Part shown: piece after piece, positions 26,135 to 38,959 of the stretch
Position numbering within the stretch: position 1 is the first letter of the stretch
How the letters are laid out: each line of letters begins with the position of its first letter
DNA from: Girardia tigrina
Lineage: Eukaryota
Reading direction: 5' to 3'
Assembly (NCBI GenBank): GCA_001938485.1
Contig: MQRK01231528.1
Location: 1 to 64,000 of the forward strand
Length of the DNA: 64,000 nucleotides
Position numbers and translations under genes: made by a program
The notes under the pieces: generated by a model
What the model saw: only the letters and a program-made list of their open reading frames with translations
What the model was told of the DNA's origin: nothing
The model's database searches: none

Positions 26135-26940
26135 ATAATTTAACTTTATGAAAAAAATCAATAATATTAATTAATACGTACAAAAAAATTATTTTGAAAT
26201 AAAACTTGCTTTTATTAAAATAAAACTTTGTTATTTTGGTTTTATTATATTTCTGTTATTCGAAATCAATCGAAAGATTTGAATTCCTAAATGATAACTA
26301 AAAATAGTAAAATAATATTATTAATAAAAAAATTTTTTTATAAAAACAACCACGTTTTTCAAGCATTACCAATGCACTAAAAAGAGGAAAATAATTTTTT
26401 TCTAGACATGTGCAAAATTTTATACCTAACTAAAAACGTGGGGCATAGAAATGATCGATTGTTACTAAAAAGCAGTAAAGAGGAAATAGCAGTTACTAAT
26501 AGCAGTAATTGAGAAATCCGCCCCACGTTTTTGGTTAGGTATAAAATTTCNNNNNNNNNNNNNNNNNNNNNNNNNNNNNNNNNNNNNNNNNNNNNNNNNN
26601 ATGCTTGAAAAACGTGGTTGTTTTTATAAAAAAATTTTTTTATTAATAATATTATTTTACTATTTTTAGTTATCATTTAGGAATTCAAATCTTTCGATTG
26701 ATTTCGAATAACAGAAATATAATAAAACCAAAATAACAAAGTTTTATTTTAATAAAAGCAAGTTTTATTTCAAAATAATTTTTTTGTACGTATTAATTAA
26801 TATTATTGATTTTTTTCATAAAGTTAAATTATAACATAAAATTATAATTATAAAATTATTTTCCTCTTTTTAGTGCATTGGTAATGCTTGAAAAACGTGG
26901 TTGTTTTTATAAAAAATTTTTTTTATTAATAATATTATTT
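26135..26940. repeat. long foldback inverted repeat (MITE/foldback-like) centred near 26480
   Basis: 26135-26366 is the near-perfect reverse complement of 26601-26832. Inner arms AAATTTTATACCTAACTAAAAACGTGGGGC and GCCCCACGTTTTTGGTTAGGTATAAAATTT. An extra partial arm lies at 26852-26940. Confidence 0.85.
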
Positions 26941-27162
26941 TTTTTGTATTTATTTTTGAAACGAAAAAAAAATAATACTGTGCTGACACCTTATACTTAT
27001 TTATTCATATACCCTCATATACATAGTTTTTTTACTGTAATAAAATTAATATTTCAAATATTTCTTTTTTTTATAAAATAAAGCTAAAAAATATATTTTT
27101 CAAATCTAACCCTTTTTTAATTTAATGTCAAGTGTCAAAAATTAAGATGAAATATTACGATT

Positions 27163-27660
27163 TTACCCCTTCCCGCATAGCGGATCATATATGATCCAAA
27201 ACATTTTTTAAAAATTTTATTACCATAACTGCATAGCTTGCCATATATGGATCGAACTGTTTGTTTGGATATTCTTCATCTCTACTTCTTTTTCTCAATA
27301 TTATATTTTTCTATTAAAATAAAAATAATCATACAATAGGGGTTAAGTTATAAATAATTCCATCACTAATAAAAGTAAATTGAAATATAAAAATTAAAAG
27401 AAATCAATAAATCAATTTTAAGTCCAGGAAATTACCTATCATCTTAATTCAGTATGAAAAGGACAAGAAGATTCATATTTAGAATTCAACGCCAACTAAG
27501 AAAACAAGGAAAATAACAAATTCATCAAAATTCACTATTTTTTCGTCCTAAAGGAACAACAACTAATTGTACAAGAACCATTCATCACTTATGAGATTTC
27601 CGGAATATTATATCTTTATTAATCGTGTCAATATTTGTACATTGTTACATCTTACTGTCG
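27163..27660 (+). mobile_element. possible piggyBac left end with decayed N-terminus
   Basis: TTACCCCTTCCCGCATAGCGGATCATATATGATCC (TTAA-CCC-type terminus with palindrome). Weak remnant 'KDKKIHI*NSTPTKKTR'. Confidence 0.35.
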
Positions 27661-29387
27661 AAGACATCTAATTATTAGAATTTATACAATGAAGTTTATT
27701 GTAAAATATTATCCTTTTCAATCTGGCCCGGGGTCAAAAATTGTTGACCATGCCGGCAATAAACTGTCTAGAGACATCTTCATTAATAATCCAAATATTC
27801 ACCAATACATTTCTTGTTATTCTCTACGGAAGATAATCTCCACAATTTAAAATCATTAGCAGATTCATTCAACATAGGAACTTTCTACAAACTGCACGAG
27901 ACTATGAACCCTACTATTTAGTATAATTTGTAGTTCTATTATCTTCCTCATAATCTCTTTCATTTTGTACCTGGATCAAAACATTACCTTCGTTTTATTC
28001 CTTCAGTTAATATTGTTATTTTTTTGAGGTAATATTTTAAAATTTATAATTTATTATGCATTTGTTTAAATTAATAAATATTAGTAAGTAATTATATTTT
28101 TTCATAAATGCAATATTTATGATAAGAAATATAAAATTATATTTCTTATAAAAAATAAATAAAGAAAATAGGATAGTTTAAATAAATAAAAGAAAAGCAA
28201 ATTTAGATTAATTATAGGAAATAATAAACAAAAGAGTAAAAATAATAAATACAATTAATTTAAAAAGAAAATACTTAAAAAATTATAATATAAAAAGGTC
28301 GTTATTAATTAAGAAGATACGAAGATCAAGAGTACAAGTTTAAGAGAGAAACATTGAAATTTTATCTGGTCTAGACAACGTCGCATAAATTAACAACGAG
28401 AAAATATATTTAAGTACGACTCAGAACAAGTTGATTAAGAAATTTTTGAATTGAATTGAAAAGTTCAAGAAAACTTGTTGAGAATCTAAAAGCGAAGAAA
28501 AAGAAAAGAACTATTAAAAAGTAATTGATATTAAAGTAATTATTAAATATCATATTTTCATATAAACACGCTGCAAAGTATGAGGTTAAACTCTTAAAAT
28601 TCATAAACAAACCCGAGTTGTCGTTAAGGCTCTCGGTCAACAAATATAAAATCGGCCAGGGGCCAAATAAAATATTTCCCTTCATTTTTAACTTGTAATC
28701 AAATTGTACATATCAAATGCATTTTATAAAGGAAATAATTGTATTCTTCCTATTTATTCTTATAGACACATTAAAGGCTCAACAATTTAATAAATTTCTT
28801 TTCAAAATGGAATTTTTTATATTTATTTACATTTTTAAATAACGAGGAGTGTTCAGAAATCGATAAACTGATTTTTATTCTTCTTACAAATACACTTTTA
28901 TAATATATACTTAAATTACATGGATGTATTTGGTAACCATATTAGAAAATGAGAGGGCAATTTAGTTATAGTAAGAAGCAGAACAATTACTTTAAAATTC
29001 TGCTGAATGATTATGAAAGGTATTTAATTCTTGAAAAGTATTATTAATTAAACATTTGAAACTATGCTAAAATATTGTTACTGGAATTCACACTGATAAC
29101 AGAGTGTGATCGCAACAAAATGACGCTGGGAAATGGTCATCAAGTCGTGAAGAATAACAAATTAACATAACCCCAAGAGGATTGTGTGTATTTAGATTTA
29201 AAGAACTATCTAAATCATCTCCAAGTAAATTAAAAACTAAGACAATGGTTAAGGTGGACTATATGATCATCAATACATTTGATTGGTTTATAAAGAATTT
29301 AGAACCATAAGATCACCAATAAGAGTATATTGAGATGGTATGGCAGTTTGAGTGGGTTGAACATCTTTAACATTTTTCACAGAATCA

Positions 29388-29885
29388 TTATCTCCACCGT
29401 CTGCACGTGAACTTCTCGTTTAAATTACGCACAATCAAATTCCTCAAAGAACTAAATCCTTCAGGTAATCTAGTGATAGGGTTATTAGTTAAATAAAGAC
29501 ATTGCAATTCATTGCAAAATTTAATATTGTAAAGAGCGTTATCGATATGATTGCCACTGACATCGAGCTCAACCAAGTGATTAACATTGTCAATACTGTC
29601 GGGAATGTGTGACAACTCGCTATCGTTCAGAATCGACACTTGGATCTTTGACAATTTTTAAGGGGGTCTTTAATCTGATTGGCATCTAAAAATGCACTTC
29701 AATCGATCCAGCATTTCTAATCACTTTATCCTGGACATATAACAGATTGGAATGATGTTTTAGTTTACGTTAATTTAAGTGCCACAAGTCGTAAGAAACT
29801 CAATGCCCTTGTTCACAAGAAAATTGAAATCTTTGAAAATTTTAATTCGTTCAACATCGATTGCATACAGCAAAATGACAGACAT
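29388..29885 (-). pseudogene. N-terminal LRR fragment of a scribble/LAP-family gene
   Basis: LNDSELSHIPDSIDNVNHLVELDVSGNHI..NIKFCNELQCLYLTNNPITRLPEGFSSLRNL..LNE versus SCRIB '[55 protein letters not shown]..LND'. Broken upstream remnants include 'KHHSNLLYV'. Confidence 0.75.
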
Positions 29886-30138
29886 TTTTTATAATGATTC
29901 AATTCTAACATTCATAATTTTACCAAAAAAACTAAAATCAGATTGATTTAACCAAGCAAAATTAAATCATTTCAAAAAAATTCAAAGATTGATTTAACCA
30001 ACAAACATTCTATTTAAAAATAAAGAAAATTTCAAAATCATAATTTTTCGGCTGATGTCATTCATTTCTTTTTTAAACGGGACAATCAAATTCAGCCACG
30101 AATCAAAGTTTAACTATACTCCACTACGTTGTGGTCTT

Positions 30139-30880
30139 TTAATTACAAATTTTAATTTTTCGATACTTTGGCGCTTTTTTTCTTTTTTTTCTTTTATTTA
30201 TTTTATTTGAACATCGAATCATATTTATTTGATGACCATAGTTTTTGTGGAAATTAAACAAAATTTCTATGACTATATGTTTTCTTATAGGATTACCCTG
30301 TACACTTACATCACTCTTGCTTTCGACCAACACGTCATCTATGCTGTTAAAATGAAAATAACAAGAATATTGAAAATGATTTGTCACATCGGAAAAGAAT
30401 GTTTCCTCTGATTTGTAGAAAAACAACGATTTTAAATTATTATAATTATTCGCATAGAAATCGAAATACGTATCCAAACAAAACGCATATGATACATTGG
30501 ACAATTCTTGAATCTTTTCGAACGGTCAGAACCGTAAACGGGACTGCAATGGGGGATATAGTCGATTGATTTCGTGGCACAAATCTTGCACTTCCTTTTT
30601 TGAATTCTTTTTATTTTCGTTTTGGAAATTTCTTTTTTAATTTTATTTTCCTCCGACGTTTTAACGATATTCTTTTCTTTAGATTTATTTTCTTTTTCCA
30701 CATGATTTGGATTTCTTATCAAGACTTTTTTAATTACCTCTTTCTTTTCTGAAACAGAATTTTCTTGTTTGATATTAGTTTCAGTTTTTGAACTTTTTGT
30801 AACTTTATTAATCTTTTTTGATCTGCAGGATTGTAAATTCATTTGTAGCACGTTTACAGTGGTTGTCAGACCAAATTCTG
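30139..30880 (-). pseudogene. frameshifted fragment of an unidentified gene (K/E-rich region then Cys-containing segment)
   Basis: Two overlapping ORFs with coding-like composition; CKIC...KNC/SNVSYAFCLD may be a decayed zinc finger. Confidence 0.35.
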
Positions 30881-30884
30881 TCAT

Positions 30885-31371
30885 CACAAACAGACGATTC
30901 TATTCGGACATAGACGACATTATCGAACCGTCGATACACGTTTATAAATTCAAAGAGAACAAGACTCTCAATGCATTGAGAAATCGACTGCTGTATTAGA
31001 GTCGTAATCGAGGAATGTTGGAAAACGATTTGTTGTTGACCATGTTGAAATAGAGAGAAATGTTTCCATATTGATTTACCAATTGTCTATTTGCAGAGTA
31101 TTTTAATAATGATTTTTTTCTAAGTTCCTTCAAAATTTGAATTAATCAATAGAATTAGATCTTTAGTATTACCTTTTTTACATTAACGCGGATTTTCCTT
31201 TTTGATATTTGACATATTGATTATAACTTGTATTGGAGTTTTAACTTCCGTTTCAACTAAATTTTGCTTTCGCATATCTCACCAGATGAAAAATGCCTGA
31301 AAATCAAAAGAACTTTAAGGCGCTCATAAAGTTTTCTTCTAAGAACTCTAAACGTTTTCCTCATTTAAATA
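30885..31371 (+). pseudogene. SDHAF2: succinate dehydrogenase assembly factor 2 fragment with stop codons and apparent short introns
   Basis: RRFYSD...LRNRLLY*SRNRGMLENDLLLT, then LFAEY and HIDYNLYW after short AT-rich interruptions. SDHAF2 reads '[35 protein letters not shown]'. Confidence 0.8.
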
Positions 31372-34300
31372 ACATTATGACTAGAACATTATGATCAGAA
31401 CATTAAATGACATTATGATCAGAAAATACATTATTTTTATCCTTAAAATAGATATTTTTACTTATTGCTTTTCTTATTTATAAATATTTATTCATGGATG
31501 TTTTCATTAATCCATTTATTCGTATCTATGTTGATTCCGTTTGTCTCAGTTTTGCCTTGGGAGTTGAGCAAAACAAATTCTTCTTGGAAAAAATAAAATT
31601 CCGCATGCAGAAAATTTAATAAAATAATGATAAAAAATCAATATTAATATTCGAATCAATATTGATAATAATCCATGAAATAAAGTTATTTTAATTTTGA
31701 ATGTCAAACCTTTTGTTTAAATAATTGGGTAAAATGGGATTGATAATTGGCGCGGATTTTGGAAATATGGAATTTTCTTCGAAATCAGGCGAGTATTAAT
31801 TTTTCTTTTAAATAAAGAAATTTTTAATGAAAGAAAATGTGATTGAGGATTGTTATTATTTTTTAAATAATGAATGTTGGAATGTTTTGATTGAATTTTT
31901 ACGAATAAATTATCGAACTCGAAAGAGCCAAAATATATTCTCCGGAGCGGCAGCTAAATGAAAGCTTTCAGAATAGATCGATGAATGAATTGTCGAAATA
32001 GAATGAGACAAAAAAATTCCTGGGCGGAGGCTAAATGAAAGCCTTTGGGAAAAAAATAAAAAAAGAAATATGAAATATAAATAATGAATTATGTTTATTT
32101 TAAAGTAAAGTAAATATATGACTTTGAAACTTGAAAAAGATGGAAATGATAAAATCAGATTACTACAGGTTCGTTAAACTATATTATAAACCTCCCACTA
32201 TAGATAGTAAACTACGATACTTAGCATTGACGCACAGTGCTGTGAATCTTAGATTCTATATCGGGAGGAAACTATAAAAAACAAGAGCTTCTGTCAATAT
32301 CACACGGCTTTAGATTCATGAGTACGATCCTTCATTGCACAAGCATGTTTCGGTTTGCTTCCAAGAAATGATCAATTTGGATACCCTGTATAAGAGCAGT
32401 TTGTGCAACAGGGAAAGTGACAATTAAATGTCTCTATTTTATAATATTCAGCCAAAAAACCGAAACAAACTTTGAATTTAAATTATCTATATGTATTTTG
32501 TTTTAACAGTTTAGTGCAATTTTACGGTATTAGTAGTAATTTTATCCTTTTTTAGATAATCAAGTAACTTACGCCTTCGTGTATCCCATTCTTTTATACA
32601 AATTGACCGTAGTATAAATCAAAGTTTATGTGGTTTAAGGGTGCACAATCACCTCTAAATACATGGCTACCCAAATCTTTAATGGATATCAGACTATTCG
32701 GTTATATATGTTTGACCCGTATTTTACTGTCTTTCCTTCTGATGCCCAGAATCACAATACATTTCGAAATGCTCTCCTTGATTGTTTTTTCATTTTGCCA
32801 TCTCAACCAGCTTTATTGAAAAATTCAAATTTTGAGTCAAACACCAGAAATTGTTTCATTCCAATCTAGTTTAAAACATTCCTTCAAATATGACTCAGAT
32901 TAACAAAAAACACAGAATTTAATATATGGAAAGTTTCAGTCGATCGTGGTGATCTCCACGGTTTTTCACTGAAAATCGATGACAATTTGATTGTAGTCTT
33001 TAAAAAAGGATGTAATTACAATTTCCTTGTTGATAAATTTGCTTAACTGGAGTTGCTGATCAGAATTATTCAGCAACGGAAACAGCTTTATTAGATAAAT
33101 GGAATTTAAAACAATAATCAGTAAACTAAGATTGAATAAAACATCTTAATAACAAGTTTATTAATTAATAAATATTTTCAAATTTATTTAACCAGAGCGC
33201 TAATTAAACCATTTTGTGAAAATCGGATGGAAATAGAGGCTGAAATCAATATTCGCCAAAAAGATGTATTTCCAGACACTGGATCGAATTTCAGACAGGA
33301 ATAAAATTTATTTAAAATTCAGAGACAAACACAAACAGTAAACACTGAAAATGAGGTTGAAAAAAATTTAGATTGAACAAGCAAAATTTTGCAATAGGGA
33401 AATAAATCAAAAATAAACAATGTACCCAAAGTACGTATAGATTCGTGGATTTAGTCAGACTACCAGATTCAAGATACTTAAAAGTCTTGGGAGTTAGTAA
33501 GAGGATTGTAGAATCATGATGAGGGATGAAAGTCATTTTGTGCCGGAAATGGAAGTGTTTGATATTGTTGTATATTTTTGGAGATGTTTTGAGTATTAAT
33601 TTTCTGTTTTAAATTGATACATAAATATTTGATAAAAGTACAAATTAAAATACAAAGCTGGTAAAAAAATCGTTTAAATCTTCAAGAAAGAATATAACGT
33701 TATTTTTATCTAATTATGATTACAAATTCATTCAGTAAAAAGCATTTTATTAAAACATTACTGTAAAAACATTTTATTACATATTATTGTAAAAAACACG
33801 TTATTTGAAAAATTTTTATGATCTTGTTTTATTAAATGCAAGTAGTTAGAATTGTTTTACTGTATAAATAACGAACGCAATTTTGGAAAATTGAGAATAG
33901 AAATATACGATCAAATCACGAAAGGACTTTTCACTTTAAAAACAGAAATGGTGTTTTTGACCTAAATGAGGGTCACAGACTCTCCTTCAGGGACCACGTG
34001 AAACACCATTAAAGAACTGAAGATGATGATGAGCGAAACGATTCTCCCAAGGAACCATCCAAAATAACACCCCTGATCTAGAACGAGAGACTCTGTTGAC
34101 CAAAGCAGATTTCCTAAATACACACGTGCGTTAAAAGGCGCTGCAGTCGAAAGTTAGCGCTATTCTTGTGGGAATAGGAACATCAAGAGCAGAAGGACCT
34201 TGGGAATAGAACAAGTCTCCAGTGTAGACGGAACATTTGACCTCGATTTCCGGCTGACATAACCCTCCACAGTCGAGGGGCTTGCAGGGAAGCTGACTCG

Positions 34301-34777
34301 ATTAACCGCTCGGACTAAAGGGCAAATTTTAATATTTATTAGAAAGTCGTTCAATTGTTACTCAATGCGATTTTAAAAAAAAATGGGATTTATACCCATT
34401 GAATCACCCTGTTTTATCAAATACATAATTGGAAAGTTAAAAATGAAATATTGTTAATATTATAGTGTCATAATGCCACTACTAATTCTTATTTTTCAGT
34501 GGTTTTATGTTTGATTAACTTTTTTGTTTGATGTTATTTTCATGATTCCTTACTGAATAACTTTTCCTTTTTCTTGTGTATTGTGTTTGTTTTGTGGGTA
34601 TGTGATTTTATTAGACGAAAATTGTGTCTTTGATTTTTGTGTTGAAAATGCGTAGTATATGAAAACATTTTTATTTTTTTATCATCTTAAAAAAAGAAAA
34701 TTGAAATTATTACAGAAATTGTTTCCCTACAATATGAATTCACAGGTGTAATTAATCAATAACTACTTGATTCAAGG

Positions 34778-34830
34778 GATTAGACGAATGTTTCCCAACC
34801 TGTTTCAGGTGGCGGCACCGCAATATGCAA
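34778..34830 (+). mobile_element. hAT/Charlie terminus remnant
   Basis: GATTAGAC (NNNTANNN) followed by GAATGTTTCCCAACCTGTTTCAGGTGGCGGCACC. Confidence 0.45.
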
Positions 34831-35027
34831 CTTTAACATTTTAAAATCATTGGAGATTAAAAAAATTACAACAGTTTCAAAGCATGTCTGTTGTGGTTTC
34901 TACACCAGAATTATTTAAATTAATCAAAATATTAGAAGAAAAGAACTGTAAAAACATTATTGTGTTTAAGCTCTAATTTATGCTTCATAAAAATTGTAAA
35001 TTGATTATATACAATTAAAATTATTAT

Positions 35028-35115
35028 GATAATTATACCTTTTACAATTCAATTTCACATTATTGAAAATTAATTTCACGAAAATATAAAAAACATAGAT
35101 CAAAATAAATATCAA

Positions 35116-35157
<42 letters not shown>

Positions 35158-35480
35158 NNNNNNNNNNNNNNNNNNNNNNNNNNNNNNNNNNNNNNNNNNN
35201 NNNNNNNNNNNNNNNNNNATATATATATATATATATATGTTTAATCACAATTGATTAAATATTAAAACAAATAACCCAAAAAAATCAAATTCAAGAAATT
35301 TTTTTATAATATTCTGATATATTATAATTCATGAAATATTTACATTTGATATATATTTTGATTTATGTTTTCATATTTATATTTTCGTGAAATTCATTTT
35401 CAATAATGTAAAATTGATTTTCAATAATGTGAAATTGATTTTCATTTGTATGAAATTGAATTGTAAAAGGTATAGTTATC
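35028..35480. repeat. inverted repeat flanking a (TA)n/gap; the right arm has extra ~21-bp tandem subunits
   Basis: 35028-35122 is the reverse complement of 35340-35480 apart from added TGATTTTCAATAATGTGAAAT-like units. Confidence 0.75.
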
Positions 35481-37175
35481 GAAATTTTATATATGACTAA
35501 AATTTATTGTTAAATGGATGAAATGTTTGGTAATAGTCGAAATAATCGGCGAGATAATCTACGAATTAAAATTTCAAACACAAAATCCAAATAGAATAAA
35601 ACTGTAAAAACAATTTAGCCTTTGTCATTTTCATCATTTTTGTTTAATTTAATCACAATCGATTCTACGAAAAGCAAAACATACAATTACTAAATGTCAA
35701 ATGCCTATTTTCTGAATGTTGTAAGTTTCTTGTTTGTATACTGTTTAGATTTGTGACTCTCCTACTCAGATGGGATTGATATATTATTGATTTATTATTT
35801 AAATCTAATGAGGTTAATATTTAAATACTAATTAGTCAAAAGTTTTTAAATATTTTAATAATATTTTTGAGTAAATAATTTAACTTATTAAATTTAATAT
35901 AATTAAAAGCTAATATTTAATTTAAAATTTACGTAATGTATTTTTACCAAATAAAATTTTGAGAAATTAAAAATAATCAATTTTAAATTCTCATTCATTA
36001 ATCAAGATTTGAATAAAGTTACAAAATATATATCAATCAAGAAAGATGTTTACTGAAGATGGCTTTACTGAAAATTGTTGTAAAGGTGAGTCTGTTTTTG
36101 TTGTTAATAAATGTTTTCACGTAAATTGTGATGTTGTTAATATGAAGCAATTCTTCAATCTAGTTCAAAAGAACGATCAGATCATATTACAAAAACAACT
36201 TGTACTTCGAACGACGGAAAATATATATTTATTCTAAATTTATTAAAATCAATTCAATTTGAACATAACACAACAAATGAATATTAAAACACACATTTCA
36301 ATTACTCTAGAAAACGAAATATTAATATGTCTCATTCTACACAAATATTTGGAAATTAATAATTATATCTAGAAGAAAGTGTTTAGTATTCACAATTTTC
36401 AGGGATCAGATTCATAGTGACTTTTTATTTGTTTTTATTTTTATTGAGACAGTTTTTTGTCATTCTTAGTCAAATCTTCTGTTTCGTTATTGTGATATCC
36501 TTAAGTTAATATTTTAAACTCTTTTTTAAAAAATCGAATTTATTCTAAAGACTGTTTCTTTCTTTTATAAATATTAATAAAAAAATTATAAAAAAATCAA
36601 ATCTTCTTTTCAGTCAATAAAATAAAGTAATAAAAAAATGACCCCATAAAACTTTACCGATTTCGGTTTATAAAACGACCTTTTGTTATGTATCCGTTAA
36701 TATGAATTTTTATATTTCAAATATTTTTTTGTAGAAAAGATAAATTACATTTGATAAGAAAAAAATAACTCATTTTCTTCTTTTTCTGAGGAAAATTCTG
36801 AACCCAACACATCTTTGAAATGAACGGAAATCACATCGGAAATGTAATTTAATGTATGGAAATAATATTTAAAGAATATTATTTTTTTCATTAAAATAAA
36901 CTTTTCTTGAAAATTATTTTTTTAATCAAATTTTAAAATGAATGAAAATTTTATAATATTTTTATTTGGATTATTTAAATTTAATCAAGAATCAAATATT
37001 TATTTCAATAATAAATATAAAAGAAAGGGATCTCAAGCTACAATAGTTTTGAATTTAAAATCTTTTCCTTTTCCATTATTTTAATTAGCTTACTTTCTAT
37101 ATATAAATAAATGTGTGTGTATCCAGGGAATTTAGTAATATATTTTTGAAGACTTTACTCATTCAATTTTTTTCT

Positions 37176-37917
37176 AACTTTGTACACTTACTCATTCTCG
37201 ATGACAATAAATGAGTATGTGAAAATTTGATCAAAAAACCTTTTTAAGGTCCCAAAATAGGAAAAAGACGGAAAATTCGGAGTTCCAGAACAATATTCCA
37301 GTCAATATTGGTAGTCAATGGCCGCATTTGGGTAAGTCGGATCTCATCCGATCTCCAAAGTTAAGCAACCAACGGCAGCGTTAATACTTATTTTGGTCCG
37401 ATAGGAAATCGCGGGTCCATTGACTACAGGTCAGGTCAGGCAAGCTGTCTGCTACAGGTACTATGTAAACCTGTAACACCTGTCTTATGGTCGAATGGTT
37501 GGCGACTAAACTGGCTCCCTCACCCACATCAACCTGGGTGAAGATGGTGTGTGGACACTTGTCAGGATGAGAAACAAAACCTAGCGAAGGACGGATGAGC
37601 TCCTTGAAGCAAACGTCCATTCATACCTGGAGAGGAGATAGGCACTACCAGGTTCCTTGCCTACTGAGACACTAAAAAAAATTGCAAAAGCAACCCACAA
37701 TGCTTGTGCATAATTGAGTGCACCCACAGCCCAACGGCTACGGTACAAAAAAAGAACAATATTAATTAAAGAAGATCTACTTATAAAGGATAAGTAGTTT
37801 ATAATAATTTTTATTGTGTTTTTTTAAATTGTTTTTTTTAAATAAAACTTTGTTGACAAAGTAGAGTTCTGTCTGCATAAAGAATGGATATAAAAAATAA
37901 TTTTTTGATTTACTAGT
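37176..37917. repeat. dispersed repeat copy, interrupted by a SINE; second copy at 57365-57641
   Basis: Colinear with 57365-57641 on both sides of the SINE. Confidence 0.85.
37298..37752 (+). mobile_element. 5S rRNA-derived SINE (SINE3-type), 455 bp, 11-bp TSD and A-tail
   Basis: TSD AGAACAATATT at 37287-37297 and 37753-37763. Head 37311-37427 has 5S features (GATCTCATCCGATCTCCAAAGTTAAGCA, GTTAATACTT) and terminal stem GTAGTCAATGG/CCATTGACTAC. Empty site at 57478-57487. Confidence 0.88.
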
Positions 37918-38959
37918 TAATATATATAAAAAAGAAGAAATAACTATTAACGAAATTATACTGCTTACTAACTTTTGAACGGAAGGATAAGTAAAAGAAG
38001 GTAATCGTAATGACAAAAAACTCTCGAGGTTGGAAATAGCAAAGAACAGTTAAGTTACTTGATGTAATACAGTAAAAAAAGTTCAGTTTAAAAAATTTTT
38101 ATTTCAATTTTTTGTATTTTAAAATTTTTAATCGTTTATTGATTTTCTGTATTAATCAATTTTGATTTCAAAGTTTATTATTATTATTATTTATATTTTT
38201 TACTATAGTCTTCTCGTAAATCGCTCCGTCAAATGATGGAGGTAACGATCGACTAGTTGGTGTTAAACAAATATATATTTATCATTAGATTTAAAAAAAA
38301 TGATCAATAAAAATAAAATTTTAATTTAGGAAAAACTAAATTGAATTTATTTTTTATTTAAAAAAATAATATTATAAAAAAAGAATTAATTAATTAAAAT
38401 TTAATTTCTAGTTACCTAATGAAAAATATTATAAATCGATAAAATTAGAATGTAAAAATTTTGATATATAACCGATTTAATGTAAATTTTATCGTTTTTC
38501 TTTACCCGTTTGGGACCAAATGACATTTAGGTATTTTTTTGAGGAATATTTCGTCACAGATGAAGAATTTTTTGACACTAAAAGGTTTTCGATGGATCGT
38601 TATTAAATCTTTTATTTTTTTTTATTAGATCAAAAAGTATTTATCCGTAAATAAAGAAAACGTGGATAAATTATTTATTTAAAAATTATTTTTTTTATTC
38701 TTTTATTTATTTTTTATAATTACAGTTCTTTCCTTTTTAACGAGTTTATACAATTCGATTTCATACCATTATTTTCGAATATCTCATTTTACACAAATCG
38801 CTTTTACATGTTTATCCTAATATCATTCGGGTTGTACAAGTGTTTCATTATCGAAAGCTTTTTTGCCAAAAGACGTACCATATTAATCGTTTTATTATTT
38901 TATAAAAATGATAACTCATCTAGTAAATTATTGTCAAGTAATCGTACCTTATTTTTAGA

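Noticed and set aside
32015-32050. Histone stem-loop on the minus strand (CCAAAGGCT...AGCC)
   Set aside because: The loop is 7 nt and the stem too short, and there is no histone gene nearby.
32234-33300. Transib element (CACAGTG start)
   Set aside because: No matching right terminus or readable transposase.
37311-37427. Functional 5S rRNA gene
   Set aside because: Too diverged, lacks a poly-T terminator, and is embedded in a TSD-flanked A-tailed insertion, so it is a SINE head.
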